Positions 19,116 to 28,904 of a stretch of 64,000 bases of DNA are shown one piece after another. The notes under the pieces are model-generated. The model worked only from the letters and a program-made list of their open reading frames with translations, was not told where the DNA came from and made no database searches. This DNA is from Methylotenera sp. Lineage in GTDB: Bacteria > Pseudomonadota > Gammaproteobacteria > Burkholderiales > Methylophilaceae. Numbering within the stretch: the stretch's first letter is position 1; the number at the start of each line of letters is the position of its first letter. The translations under genes were made by a program, and so were the position numbers. The DNA is taken from contig JAQTXW010000002.1 in NCBI GenBank assembly GCA_028688575.1, positions 6,965 through 70,964 on the forward strand. The letters are read 5' to 3'.

Positions 19116-21713
19116 TTAATCCTTTAATGCTTTTAAAATGGCAGGATAATCAAAGTTATCAACCAAGATTGAGAGTGTTTTATAAAGTTCAGCATCATAA
19201 GCCGACACTGGCTTGATTGCCATATCAATTTTTTCACTATCCAAGCTTTCCAGCGCAGTTTGCATTTCGTTTCTAATTTCTGCGGGCAGGACTCTTAACG
19301 CTTCAGGTGTCAGTGTCAAATCCTGCGCATGATGTTCAGTTTGTGCGTCCGCGTAGATGTATTTTACTTTCAGATGTTTAATCAGGCAGTCGTAAATATC
19401 GTTGAATCTGTATGGCTTGAGCACAAAGTCATCAATGCCCGCATCTAAGATTTCCTGACGCTGTTCTATTAACGCGGAAGCCGTGACCGCGATAATTTTA
19501 ACGTCTTTGCCACCAGGCAGCGCTCGAATATGTTTTGTGGCTTCAAGGCCATCCATCACGGGCATACGTCTGTCCATCCAGATTAGATGCGGTTGCCAAT
19601 CTTGATAAATTTCTACAGCCTGTGCGCCGTTGTCGGCAATTTTTACCAAAAAGCCAACCGATGTCATGAGGTGACTGAGGAGGATTTGATTTTCTTTTTG
19701 ATCTTCTACAATCAAAATCCGGTATTCGGGCTGGTCAGCCGCCAAACCAATCACTTCTCCGCTGGCAGTATCCGACAACTTAACCACATCGGATTCATTT
19801 GCCGACTCCAGCGGCAGTGATATCTCAAAAGTAGCGCCTCGCCCCAACTCACTTTTGACGCTAATGTGTCCGCCCATCAGTTCGACATACTGGCGCGTAA
19901 TCGTTAAGCCTAAACCAGTGCCTTTTTGTGTACTGAGCTCACCCACCTGCACGAATGGATCAAATATCGTCTTCTGATCTTCAGGAGCAATGCCAATGCC
20001 AGTATCCACCACCTGAATGAGCAAATGTGCGCTGGCATTTTCTTTTGTCGCTAAATGCAGGGTGACGCCACCTTGCTTGGTAAATTTGATGGCATTGCCG
20101 ATTAAATTCAGCAGTACCTGGCGAATACGGATTTCATCCCCTTTTATGTAGCGTGGAAATTTCGAAGTTTGATCAACCGTTAGACTTAAGTTCTTTTCCT
20201 GCGCCCTCACATGCATTAAATCCACAATGTCTCGTATCAGCGAACTGAGGTCTAGTGGTGCATGCTCCACCCGCAAATTACCCGCCTCGATTTTTGCCAT
20301 ATCCAGCACATCATTAATTAAACTCAGGAGATGCTCACCGCTGCGATTAATAATATCCAAAGTTTCTATCTGGCTGGTGGTAAGAGAAGGTTCTTTACGC
20401 ATCAGGCTAGAGAAGCCCAGGATGGCATTCAAAGGCGTTCGTAATTCGTGACTCATGCTGGCTAAGAAGGTACTTTTTGCACGATTTGCCATTTCAGCGG
20501 CTTCACGTGCCAGTATCAATGCCACTGTACGTTGCTGCACTTCGTCTTCAAGGTGATCTTTATATTTGATGAGTTCTGCTTCTGCGCGTTTTTGCTCGGT
20601 AATGTCCTCAACCATGGCGGTCACATAATCAACCTCGCCGTTAGCTTTGCGTACGCAACGTACAACCAGCTTGGCAGGAACGACCACACCGGAACGGTGC
20701 ACAAATCGTTTTTCCAGGCTGTAGCCATCAATTTGATTAGCAAGTAACAGGTTGAATTTTTCCAGATCGGTGGCCAAGTCAGCTGGATAAGTCAGCTGCG
20801 CCCATGTCATGTTGCGCAGCTCCTGCTCGGAGTAGCCCAGCATTTCACACAAATAATTGTTGATTTGTAGCCAACCTTGAGTAGGTGAAGTGACGGCGAG
20901 TCCCACCAAATCCAGCGAGTAGAAAGACATGAGTTGCTTTTCTTTTTCTTGCCGGGAGGCTTTTTCTCGCTCAAGAGCGTCTAGCATCTGATAAATGTGA
21001 TTGGTGAGCAGGCCAATTTCATCCAGGCGACTGCTCTCTATACGCTGATAGGGCTGACCAAGCTCGATGTGATTGACCACTTCTACCAGCTGACTCAGGT
21101 CGCCAGACATGCTGCGTGCCAATTTGGAGGTGAGCGCGATAATCGCCAGAATTAATAATGTGGTCAAGAATATGCCAAAAAACATCAGCTTATTGAGGTT
21201 GGCATTGACCGAATCGCGCGACATTTCAATGCGCACCCAACCAATATGACGCTCAGTCGCGTATACCGGTACTGCTACATCAATCATACTCGTGGTGTCG
21301 AGCAGGATCTTGTCGTGTACAGGGGGCAGAAGCAGTTGTTGGCTCACTGCGTCTACAAATGACTTGCCGTTATATTCATGCCTGGTTGAGGCTAGCACTT
21401 CTCCATCCACTGAAAGTACGATGGCAAAGCGCATGTCCTTTGCATCAGCTACGCCTTGTATGACTTCTTGCAAACCTGCCAAATCGTTAGCCAGCACCCA
21501 GGAGGTGCTACTGTAGGCAACGCTGCGCGCCAAATCAAAGGCGATCTGATCATGCTGATTATACTGAGTGGTACGTTCATACAGGTAGAGAATCGATCCC
21601 AGCCCTAACACGATCAACATGGACACAAAAGAAAATGACCATGCTAATTGACGATATATGGATTGACTCCATTTAAGATGCAATTGATTAAACAGGTTGC
21701 GAATCGAATTCAT
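19116..21713 (-). CDS. Hybrid sensor histidine kinase/response regulator (periplasmic domain, HAMP, PAS, HisKA, HATPase_c, REC)
   Basis: Two TM segments flank a roughly 130-aa periplasmic region. H-box SHELRTPLN, N/G boxes (NLIGNAIKFT, DTGIGI, GTGLGL), and a C-terminal REC (ILIVEDQ, IWMDRRMPVMDG). Confidence 0.9.
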   Translation of the reverse strand: MNSIRNLFNQLHLKWSQSIYRQLAWSFSFVSMLIVLGLGSILYLYERTTQYNQHDQIAFDLARSVAYSSTSWVLANDLAGLQEVIQGVADAKDMRFAIVLSVDGEVLASTRHEYNGKSFVDAVSQQLLLPPVHDKILLDTTSMIDVAVPVYATERHIGWVRIEMSRDSVNANLNKLMFFGIFLTTLLILAIIALTSKLARSMSGDLSQLVEVVNHIELGQPYQRIESSRLDEIGLLTNHIYQMLDALEREKASRQEKEKQLMSFYSLDLVGLAVTSPTQGWLQINNYLCEMLGYSEQELRNMTWAQLTYPADLATDLEKFNLLLANQIDGYSLEKRFVHRSGVVVPAKLVVRCVRKANGEVDYVTAMVEDITEQKRAEAELIKYKDHLEDEVQQRTVALILAREAAEMANRAKSTFLASMSHELRTPLNAILGFSSLMRKEPSLTTSQIETLDIINRSGEHLLSLINDVLDMAKIEAGNLRVEHAPLDLSSLIRDIVDLMHVRAQEKNLSLTVDQTSKFPRYIKGDEIRIRQVLLNLIGNAIKFTKQGGVTLHLATKENASAHLLIQVVDTGIGIAPEDQKTIFDPFVQVGELSTQKGTGLGLTITRQYVELMGGHISVKSELGRGATFEISLPLESANESDVVKLSDTASGEVIGLAADQPEYRILIVEDQKENQILLSHLMTSVGFLVKIADNGAQAVEIYQDWQPHLIWMDRRMPVMDGLEATKHIRALPGGKDVKIIAVTASALIEQRQEILDAGIDDFVLKPYRFNDIYDCLIKHLKVKYIYADAQTEHHAQDLTLTPEALRVLPAEIRNEMQTALESLDSEKIDMAIKPVSAYDAELYKTLSILVDNFDYPAILKALKD

Positions 21714-21727
21714 GCAATATAGTAAAC

Positions 21728-22648
21728 TTAATGGGCGACTTCACGCACTTCTTTAGAAAAATTTTCTAAAAAATCATGTACCGGCTGATAAGTTTTGTCT
21801 GTTGCGGGCTCAAATTTTGAGATAGGGACTTGGCGCAGCATGGCTTGCCCTTCTGCATGATTTTGTAAATTGAACAGTAGTTGCGCAACTTTTTCCTGGA
21901 TGTCTGGCGGGACATTATTTCGTGCCACCCAGCCATTATTCAGCAAAGGAGCAGTCTCCCACCTGACCACAAGTTGCGCGGCCTTATCAGGATGCTTAGC
22001 AGAATAGCTGGTCCATGGCACAGGCCAGGTAGCGCCCGCAGCAACATGACCTCGCAGTACATTTTCAATCGAGGATTCTTGTGAACCTACGTAACGGTTT
22101 TCTATATCTTTATTGATATTAATACCATGAGTATGCAGATAGTATTGCGGCATCATGGTGGCTGCCAGCGCAGTTGCTGAGGGGTAAGAAACAACTTTGC
22201 CCTTGAGGTCAGTCACTGTGTTGATGCCACTATCTTTGCGCACGAGGATAATGCCGCGAAACACCTCATCGTCACTCATTTTGCCAAAAATACGGTAACC
22301 ATATTTAAGTGACTGTAAGGTCTGATATGGGTTGGGCATGGCAAATGCAAAATGACCAGCGTACAGTTTTCTCTCAAATTCCTCGTAGTTTCTAGAAGCT
22401 TCCAGCTTGAATTCAGCTTGCGGAATATGTCGATTAATATATTCCACGATAGGCCCGTATACTTGCACCAAACGATGTGGGTTGTGCAGGGGATGTATCC
22501 CAATGATGTAATGGCCAGACTTTTGTACGGCTGTCGCATCAATAACGGGTTGATAAGTCTGTTGATCTGACCTGTCACAGGCGATGACAAGAGCCGCAAA
22601 CGCAAAAATAATCAGATAAATGCGCTGTAAAATTAGTTTACTGAACAT
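21728..22648 (-). CDS. PhnD-like (phosphate/phosphonate-type) periplasmic substrate-binding lipoprotein, no cognate permease nearby
   Basis: Lipobox (LVIAC). Overall pattern of type-2 phosphonate-binding SBPs (IGIHP...Y.P...Y..., GKVVSYPS, AAGATWP). Confidence 0.65.
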   Translation of the reverse strand: MFSKLILQRIYLIIFAFAALVIACDRSDQQTYQPVIDATAVQKSGHYIIGIHPLHNPHRLVQVYGPIVEYINRHIPQAEFKLEASRNYEEFERKLYAGHFAFAMPNPYQTLQSLKYGYRIFGKMSDDEVFRGIILVRKDSGINTVTDLKGKVVSYPSATALAATMMPQYYLHTHGININKDIENRYVGSQESSIENVLRGHVAAGATWPVPWTSYSAKHPDKAAQLVVRWETAPLLNNGWVARNNVPPDIQEKVAQLLFNLQNHAEGQAMLRQVPISKFEPATDKTYQPVHDFLENFSKEVREVAH

Positions 22649-22722
22649 AGATCAATCTCAATGACAAATTAAGCTCGACTCAATTTTTTGAGCGTTATCG
22701 AATTGGATATCTAGGTTGATCA

Positions 22723-23706
22723 CTATACGCCAAAATGCGCGCTGATTAGGACATTTTCTAATTTTTTCCAACTATCATCAGGAGGCAGTCCAAATCGCAG
22801 TGCGGGCGTTTCGGTAAATAGCCTGACCAAAATGCCATGGCTTGCCAGATAATGCTGCCATTGCGTTGCTTTATCTGTGGTGATGTATTGAAACAGTGTA
22901 GTGCCTGCCGATGGGGTTAAGCCATGGCGGCTGAGTAAGTTAGCCAACTTTTGACTGTTATTTACGAGATCTATGCGCATCTTCTGTTGCCATGCCGCAT
23001 CAAGCAATGCCTGTTTTGCAATCAGCCGACTTGCGCCCGTAAGTGTCCATGGGCCTAGCTCTTCATGCACCCTTGCAAGCTGTGAATCTTCGGCAAGTAA
23101 AAACCCCACCCTAGCGCCAGCCAAACCAAAGAACTTGCCGAGAGATCGCAATACAAAGAGCCCGTCCAGATGGGCATGCTGGGCGATGCTATATTCTGGC
23201 GTTGCATCCATAAAGGCTTCATCGACTACCAGCCAGCCACCACGGCGCCTCAGGCTATTGTGTAAATCTAACAGTTCAGCTGGGGTAAATAATCTGGCGG
23301 TTGGATTGTTAGGGTTACAGAGTAAGACTACGTCTGCCTCTGCTACTGACGCATCCGTCAAACCAGTAAAGGTGCTAACAGCGTGCCCTTGACGTTGCCA
23401 AGCGTGCGCATGTTCACGGTACATGGGGTTGAGCATAGCAACCTTACAAACTGAGCGCAGCTTTGGCAAGACTTTTAATGCAGCTTGCGAGCCGGCAGTA
23501 GGGAGTAGTGACTGGCATCCATAATAACCACATGCGGCTTTTATCAAATCATCGTTATCGTCAGGAAGTCTTTGCCATACGGCGGCAGGAATCACTGTGA
23601 CAGGGTAATTTTCTGGATTAATCCCCGTAGACAGGTCTAGCCAATCGGCAAGCGGGATGCCGTACTTTTTCGACGCCAAAGTTAAATTGCCGCCATGTTC
23701 AAGCAA
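22723..23706 (-). CDS. cobD: Threonine-phosphate decarboxylase (aminotransferase class I/II fold)
   Basis: HGGN start motif, NPNNPT, RSLGKFFGLAGARVG (PLP lysine). Overlaps the cbiB stop by 8 nt. Confidence 0.88.
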   Translation of the reverse strand: MLEHGGNLTLASKKYGIPLADWLDLSTGINPENYPVTVIPAAVWQRLPDDNDDLIKAACGYYGCQSLLPTAGSQAALKVLPKLRSVCKVAMLNPMYREHAHAWQRQGHAVSTFTGLTDASVAEADVVLLCNPNNPTARLFTPAELLDLHNSLRRRGGWLVVDEAFMDATPEYSIAQHAHLDGLFVLRSLGKFFGLAGARVGFLLAEDSQLARVHEELGPWTLTGASRLIAKQALLDAAWQQKMRIDLVNNSQKLANLLSRHGLTPSAGTTLFQYITTDKATQWQHYLASHGILVRLFTETPALRFGLPPDDSWKKLENVLISAHFGV

Positions 23707-24676
23707 AATGGATATTCCTTAAAAATTCTGTCGTTATGATAATGATGCACCATAATATCAGGCTGCGTTTAACAAGCTTGATTGCGTGCGGAATATGATG
23801 CGATTGGGCTGATTCACCCGTGCCTAATGTGGGGCGCTGTTTAACTATGCCATGATAGCTGGCTGCGCCACCCAACCTCACTCTTAGTGCGCCCGCACCG
23901 CTCGCCATCACAGGCCCTGCATTTGGGCTATACCAAGTGCCGGCTTGAGTAAGCCAGCATTTGAGGGCGCTTGCCGTGTGGCCACAAAGTGCATAGCTAA
24001 GTGCAGTTAATCGTGCAGGAATTAAATTGAGCAGGTCATCCAGGCGTGCTGCGGCCCAGCCAAAATACAGAAAACGCGGTGTGCGGTAACCCCACATGGC
24101 ATCCAGCGTATTGGCCAACCTGAACACAAGTGCACCTGTGCCGCCAAATAACACAAACCAGAAAATCGCACCAAATACCGCATCATTGCCATTTTCGAGT
24201 ACAGATTCAACCGTGGCCGTGGAAATTTCAGTTTCATTGAGTTGCGAGGTATCGCGACTAACGATCATGCTGACAGCATGGCGCGCCGCCTCAATATTAT
24301 GTTGTGAAAGCGGCACATAAATTTGCTTGGCATGTAGCGTGAGGCTACAGGCGCCGATTGAAAAATAGAGTAATAAGACATCAGCCAGCCAGGCAATTGC
24401 GCTACTGCTTGCAAAATAGCTGGCTGCAACAAATGGTGATAACAATAATAACCAGCATAATAGCCCGATGATGCGCGCTGCCAGTGCTTGCTTACGCTTA
24501 TTTAATTTGTGCTCAAGCTGATTTGCCAGCCAGCCAAAACCTATTAAAGGATGCCAGCGTTTAGGCTCACCAACTAGCGCATCTAATAACACCGCAGTTA
24601 CGACAGCCAGCGCTGTGCTGTATGGGAGCAAGGCTGTGATATATGCGCTTAAAATGGGATAATACTCAGATGACAT
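23699..24676 (-). CDS. cbiB: Adenosylcobinamide-phosphate synthase
   Basis: [29 protein letters not shown] and GYRTP motifs. The start is uncertain: ATG 24676, or the in-frame TTG at 24631. Confidence 0.9.
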   Translation of the reverse strand: MSSEYYPILSAYITALLPYSTALAVVTAVLLDALVGEPKRWHPLIGFGWLANQLEHKLNKRKQALAARIIGLLCWLLLLSPFVAASYFASSSAIAWLADVLLLYFSIGACSLTLHAKQIYVPLSQHNIEAARHAVSMIVSRDTSQLNETEISTATVESVLENGNDAVFGAIFWFVLFGGTGALVFRLANTLDAMWGYRTPRFLYFGWAAARLDDLLNLIPARLTALSYALCGHTASALKCWLTQAGTWYSPNAGPVMASGAGALRVRLGGAASYHGIVKQRPTLGTGESAQSHHIPHAIKLVKRSLILWCIIIITTEFLRNIHFA

Positions 24677-26160
24677 TCAAATCACTTATGGTTCAGGGTA
24701 CGACGTCCGATGCAGGTAAAAGCACCCTCGTTGCGGCGCTCTGCCGTGTATTGTATCGCAGAGGCGTACGAGTTGCGCCGTTCAAACCGCAAAATATGGC
24801 GTTAAATTCTGCTGTGACGGTGGATGGTGGTGAAATCGGCCGCGCGCAAGCCGTGCAAGCACAAGCTTGTGGGTTAGCGCCGCATACGGATATGAACCCT
24901 GTACTACTCAAACCCAATTCAGATACTGGGTGCCAAGTCATTATTCAGGGCAAGGCAGTCTGTAATTTGGAGGCTACTGGTTACCATGCCTACAAACCCA
25001 CTGCGATGCGTGCGGTGTTGGATTCTTGGCAGCGGTTAAGGTCGCAATATGATTGCGTCATCATAGAAGGCGCAGGTAGCCCCGCAGAAATCAATTTACG
25101 CGACAATGACATTGCCAATATGGGCTTTGCCGAGGCGGTCGATTGCCCCGTGATTTTAATCGCTGATATTGATAAAGGTGGCGTGTTTGCACATATTGTA
25201 GGTACGTTGGCATTGTTGTCTGAGAGCGAAAGGGCACATGTGATTGGGTTTGTGATCAATCGTTTTCGCGGTGATATTGCTTTGTTGCAGTCAGGGTTAA
25301 ATTGGCTGGAGCAGGAAACAGGCAAGCCCGTATTAGGTGTGCTGCCATATATTCATGGGTTGCATATCGAGGCCGAAGATGCTGTACCAAAAACGCATTA
25401 CTCCCACCCTAACCCTCCCCCTGAAATAGGGAGGGAAATGCGTCGGCTACATATCGTTGTGCCAGTATTGCCGCATATTTCTAACCATACTGATTTCGAT
25501 GCGCTGCGGTTGCATCCGCAGGTGGATTTTCATTTTGTAAAAATGAATGAAACTATTCCTTCAGCGGATTTGATTATTTTGCCAGGGAGTAAAAATGTTC
25601 GAGGAGATATTGAGTATTTGCGAGCGCACGGCTGGGAGCGAGTGCTTACTCAGCATTTGCGTTATGGTGGAAAGGTCTTGGGTATTTGCGGCGGATTTCA
25701 GATGTTGGGGGATGTGATTCATGACTTTAATGCCATAGAAGGTGAAGCGGGTTCAAGTGCTGGCTTTGGTTGGCTGAAGATGGAAACTAAGCTTGAGCTT
25801 TCCAAGCAGCTGAAGCAGGTTTCTGGGCAATTGAGTTTTACGGATGCGCAGGTGCTTGGTTATGAAATTCACATGGGCATTAGCCAAGGTGAGGCACTGC
25901 AAACTCCCGCGCTTTTATTAAATAATCAAGGCCAGAATACGCAGCCTGAAGGCGCTATTTCGCAAGATAATCAAATTGCAGGCACTTATGTGCACGGTCT
26001 GTTTGACCATCAGGAAGCCTGCGCCGCCTGGTTAGAGTGGGCAGGTTTACAAATGCCAGAGGATTTTGATTATGCAAAATTGCGTAATGATGAGCTGGAT
26101 CGTCTGGCAGATAGTGTTGAGCAGCATTTAGACTGGGAGAAGCTGGCGCGGTACATTTAA
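24670..26160 (+). CDS. cobQ: Cobyric acid synthase
   Basis: [13 protein letters not shown]-loop domain plus a C-terminal GATase ([16 protein letters not shown]). Start is ATG 24670 (or 24643/24688). Confidence 0.93.
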   Translation: MTFKSLMVQGTTSDAGKSTLVAALCRVLYRRGVRVAPFKPQNMALNSAVTVDGGEIGRAQAVQAQACGLAPHTDMNPVLLKPNSDTGCQVIIQGKAVCNLEATGYHAYKPTAMRAVLDSWQRLRSQYDCVIIEGAGSPAEINLRDNDIANMGFAEAVDCPVILIADIDKGGVFAHIVGTLALLSESERAHVIGFVINRFRGDIALLQSGLNWLEQETGKPVLGVLPYIHGLHIEAEDAVPKTHYSHPNPPPEIGREMRRLHIVVPVLPHISNHTDFDALRLHPQVDFHFVKMNETIPSADLIILPGSKNVRGDIEYLRAHGWERVLTQHLRYGGKVLGICGGFQMLGDVIHDFNAIEGEAGSSAGFGWLKMETKLELSKQLKQVSGQLSFTDAQVLGYEIHMGISQGEALQTPALLLNNQGQNTQPEGAISQDNQIAGTYVHGLFDHQEACAAWLEWAGLQMPEDFDYAKLRNDELDRLADSVEQHLDWEKLARYI

Positions 26161-26166
26161 CTGAAT

Positions 26167-26388
26167 TTAGCTAAAATTGACTACTTGAATTTTATGTCCT
26201 AAACATTCCACTGTCTGACCCGCACGTATTTTTGCGGTTTTTCTGAGTTCCAGTGCGCCGTCCACCGTAACAAGCCCTTCAGCCACCATGACCTTGCCTT
26301 GCCCGCCACTGTCTGCAATGCCTTCTGTTTTAAGCAAATCACAAAGGGCGATGAAATCACCTCGTAGTGCAAATGTTGTTGTTTCCAT
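26167..26388 (-). CDS. ybcJ: S4-domain RNA-binding protein YbcJ
   Basis: 73 aa, co-linear with E. coli YbcJ (LCDLLKTEG...SGGQGK...AEG.V.VDG..E.RK..KI.AGQTV). Starts 2 nt after the cobU stop. Confidence 0.8.
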   Translation of the reverse strand: METTTFALRGDFIALCDLLKTEGIADSGGQGKVMVAEGLVTVDGALELRKTAKIRAGQTVECLGHKIQVVNFS

Positions 26389-26390
26389 GG

Positions 26391-26921
26391 TTATCCTTTA
26401 AGTGTAAGCGGTAGTCCAGCCGCAACAAAACTGACTTTGTCCGCCAGTTGCGCTATGGCTTGGTTAAGTCTGCCTTGTTCATCCTGAAACTGGCGGTTGA
26501 TTTCACCCAGCGGCACGATGCCCATGCCCACTTCATTGCTGACCAGCAAAACTTTACCTGATAGTGTGGGGAGCGTTGTTAATAACGCATTACGCTCGCT
26601 TTGCCAGTCCAGGTTTTGTGGACGTTCGCAATCTGTGCAAATACACTGCGCGAGCCACAAGGTGAGGCAGTCCACAATTACAACCTCATTGGCTTTGGTA
26701 TGTGCTTGCAAGGTTTCACCAAGGTTGAAAGACTGCTCTACCGTTTTCCAATGCAGGGGTCGTCTGATTTTGTGGTGTTCAACACGCTGGCCGAATTCCT
26801 GGTCATACACTTGTGCGGTGGCGATATAAGTTACAGGCAGGCCGCTTTCATCTGCCAGCTTTTCTGCAAACGCGCTCTTGCCAGAGCGAGCGCCGCCTAA
26901 AATCAGGTGAATATTATTCAT
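26391..26921 (-). CDS. cobU: Bifunctional adenosylcobinamide kinase / adenosylcobinamide-phosphate guanylyltransferase
   Basis: P-loop GGARSGKS, YIATA, LVDCLT, SNEVGMGIVP. Confidence 0.93.
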   Translation of the reverse strand: MNNIHLILGGARSGKSAFAEKLADESGLPVTYIATAQVYDQEFGQRVEHHKIRRPLHWKTVEQSFNLGETLQAHTKANEVVIVDCLTLWLAQCICTDCERPQNLDWQSERNALLTTLPTLSGKVLLVSNEVGMGIVPLGEINRQFQDEQGRLNQAIAQLADKVSFVAAGLPLTLKG

Positions 26922-27579
26922 GTGGGTTCCAAGTGTTTTCCATGACCATTTCCGTGAGCGGTTTAGCCTGTTTCCAGCCAGTTTCTATTAGCATTGGTTC
27001 TTTATAAAAAGTATTTACATGGCCGAGGCATAATATGGCAATTGGTTTGGCATCATGCGGTATGTTGAGTAAAGCGCCAAGTTTGATGGGGTCAAAAAGT
27101 GATACCCAGCCCATGCCTAAGCCTTCTGCACGCGCGGCTAACCACATGTTTTGAATCGCACAGCTAACAGAGGCGATGTCCATTTCAGGGATAGTTCTGC
27201 GTCCGAATATTGCACCCTCACGGTTGTCACAAAGCGTTGCAACTAATAATTCGCCGCAATCTAAAATGCCTTCGACTTTTAGTCGTAAGAACTCTGCCAT
27301 GCGTGTGGTGTTTTCGTATTCGCCTATCGCCTGCGCGGTTTGAATGCGTTCTTCATCGACCAGCTGGTGTATCGCTTTGCGCGTATTTATGTCGGTGATG
27401 CGAATAAAGCGCCAAGGTTGCATCAGTCCTACGCTGGGTGCTTGGTGGGCTGCCTGCAGGATATGGGTAAGTGTTTCTGGTGCAACCGGTGTTGGCAGAA
27501 AGTGTCGCATGTCACGGCGCTCTGCTATTACACGATAGACTGTGGCTACTTCATCATCAGAATAGCGGTGCGTACTCAT
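26914..27579 (-). CDS. bluB: 5,6-dimethylbenzimidazole synthase
   Basis: Nitroreductase fold with the BluB signature (RRDMRHF, APSVGLMQPWRFI). Confidence 0.9.
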   Translation of the reverse strand: MSTHRYSDDEVATVYRVIAERRDMRHFLPTPVAPETLTHILQAAHQAPSVGLMQPWRFIRITDINTRKAIHQLVDEERIQTAQAIGEYENTTRMAEFLRLKVEGILDCGELLVATLCDNREGAIFGRRTIPEMDIASVSCAIQNMWLAARAEGLGMGWVSLFDPIKLGALLNIPHDAKPIAILCLGHVNTFYKEPMLIETGWKQAKPLTEMVMENTWNPHE

Positions 27580-28835
27580 GATAGAAAAAAGTAAGCAGCA
27601 GCCTTTGGGTTGGATGCAAAGTAAAAGTGCAAAAAACTCGCGATAATCGAACCGTGCTGGTAAATATTTTCCACTTTACCAAAGCGCGTATCAGCGGTAG
27701 CAATAGGCGGAAGTTCTGTTGTAAAACTACCGTAGTGGAAAGTATGTGTGCCTAGTTCACCTTGGGGCAGCTTAGCTTTGAGTGAGCCTAAGCCCTGTAA
27801 TTTACCGTGGATCTGACTTTTTCCTGCCAGTAAACCAAACGTGGGTTGATTATCAATGCTATCCGATAATGCCATCATGCCGCCGCACTCGGCGAGTATC
27901 GGTTTGTTGGCCTCAAATGCGGTCTGCAGTGAATTTTTCATGGCGACATTGGCACCGATCTCACTCAAGTGCAGTTCAGGGTAGCCACCAGGCAGCCAGT
28001 AGGCATCAGCTTCTGGCAAGCATTGGTCGTGTAATGGTGAAAAGAACTTAAGTGATGCGCCCATGTCAGTCAAGCAGTCCAAGTTTGCCTGATAGATAAA
28101 ACAGAATGCTGCATCACGGGCAATCGCAATGGTTTTGTTGGCGAGTAGTTTTGGCTGGTTTTTCAGCGCTGGCACTTTGAAATCTACGCTTGGTGGCAAA
28201 GGCAGTTCCGCCTCGATTGCCTTGGCAGCGGCTTCGATTTTATCTTCCAAATCGCCAATTTCACTGGCGCGAAACAAGCCTAGATGTCGCTCTGGCAGGC
28301 TAAGATTTTCATCCTTCTGTAATGCACCAAACCAGCCCAAATGCGTAGGCAATGAGTTTTTTAATAACTGAGCATGGCCAGTACTGCCGACCTTGTTAGC
28401 CAGCACGCCTGCAGCTTTGAGTTGCGGATAATGTGCCAGCAAACCCGCAGCCAATGCGCCAAATGTCTGCGCCATGCCGCTTGCATCGATGGTGAGCAGG
28501 ACAGGTAGATTAAAACGTGCAGCAATGTCTGCGCTGGAGGGTGTGCCGTCGTATAAACCCATGACGCCTTCTACGATAATCAGGTCCGATTGAAGTGCGG
28601 CGCGATAAAGTTGGGCTTCGCCATCGATTTCTCCACACATGGTGAAGTCGAGGTTGTAAACAGGGCGACCTGTCGCTACTTCCAGTATCATGGGGTCTAA
28701 AAAGTCAGGGCCACATTTGAAGGCTTGCACGCGTAGCCCACAGTTACGCCAGGCACGCGCTAGAGCCGCCGTGATAAGCGTTTTACCCTGCCCTGAGGCA
28801 GGCGCAGAAACAAGAATAGCGTGACATTGATGCAT
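27576..28835 (-). CDS. cbiA: Cobyrinic acid a,c-diamide synthase
   Basis: N-terminal SGQGKT ATP-binding domain, KCGPDFLDP, and a C-terminal GATase with ECGGMM. Confidence 0.9.
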   Translation of the reverse strand: MHQCHAILVSAPASGQGKTLITAALARAWRNCGLRVQAFKCGPDFLDPMILEVATGRPVYNLDFTMCGEIDGEAQLYRAALQSDLIIVEGVMGLYDGTPSSADIAARFNLPVLLTIDASGMAQTFGALAAGLLAHYPQLKAAGVLANKVGSTGHAQLLKNSLPTHLGWFGALQKDENLSLPERHLGLFRASEIGDLEDKIEAAAKAIEAELPLPPSVDFKVPALKNQPKLLANKTIAIARDAAFCFIYQANLDCLTDMGASLKFFSPLHDQCLPEADAYWLPGGYPELHLSEIGANVAMKNSLQTAFEANKPILAECGGMMALSDSIDNQPTFGLLAGKSQIHGKLQGLGSLKAKLPQGELGTHTFHYGSFTTELPPIATADTRFGKVENIYQHGSIIASFLHFYFASNPKAAAYFFLS

Positions 28836-28904
28836 ATTAAAGTGTTTTCATGTGCTACCGCGCGCGCCTGGGCAAGCTAGGTGCATATGGTAAAAGAAGG
28901 CGGT

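Noticed and set aside
19116-19400. C-terminal ~90 aa of the hybrid kinase as an HPt domain
   Set aside because: No HxxKG-type phosphorylatable His motif is visible, so I left the region unassigned.
25400-25440. CCCTCCC...GGGAGGG inverted repeat
   Set aside because: It lies inside the cobQ coding sequence, in the inter-domain linker (NPPPEIGRE). It is most simply a by-product of Pro/Gly codons.
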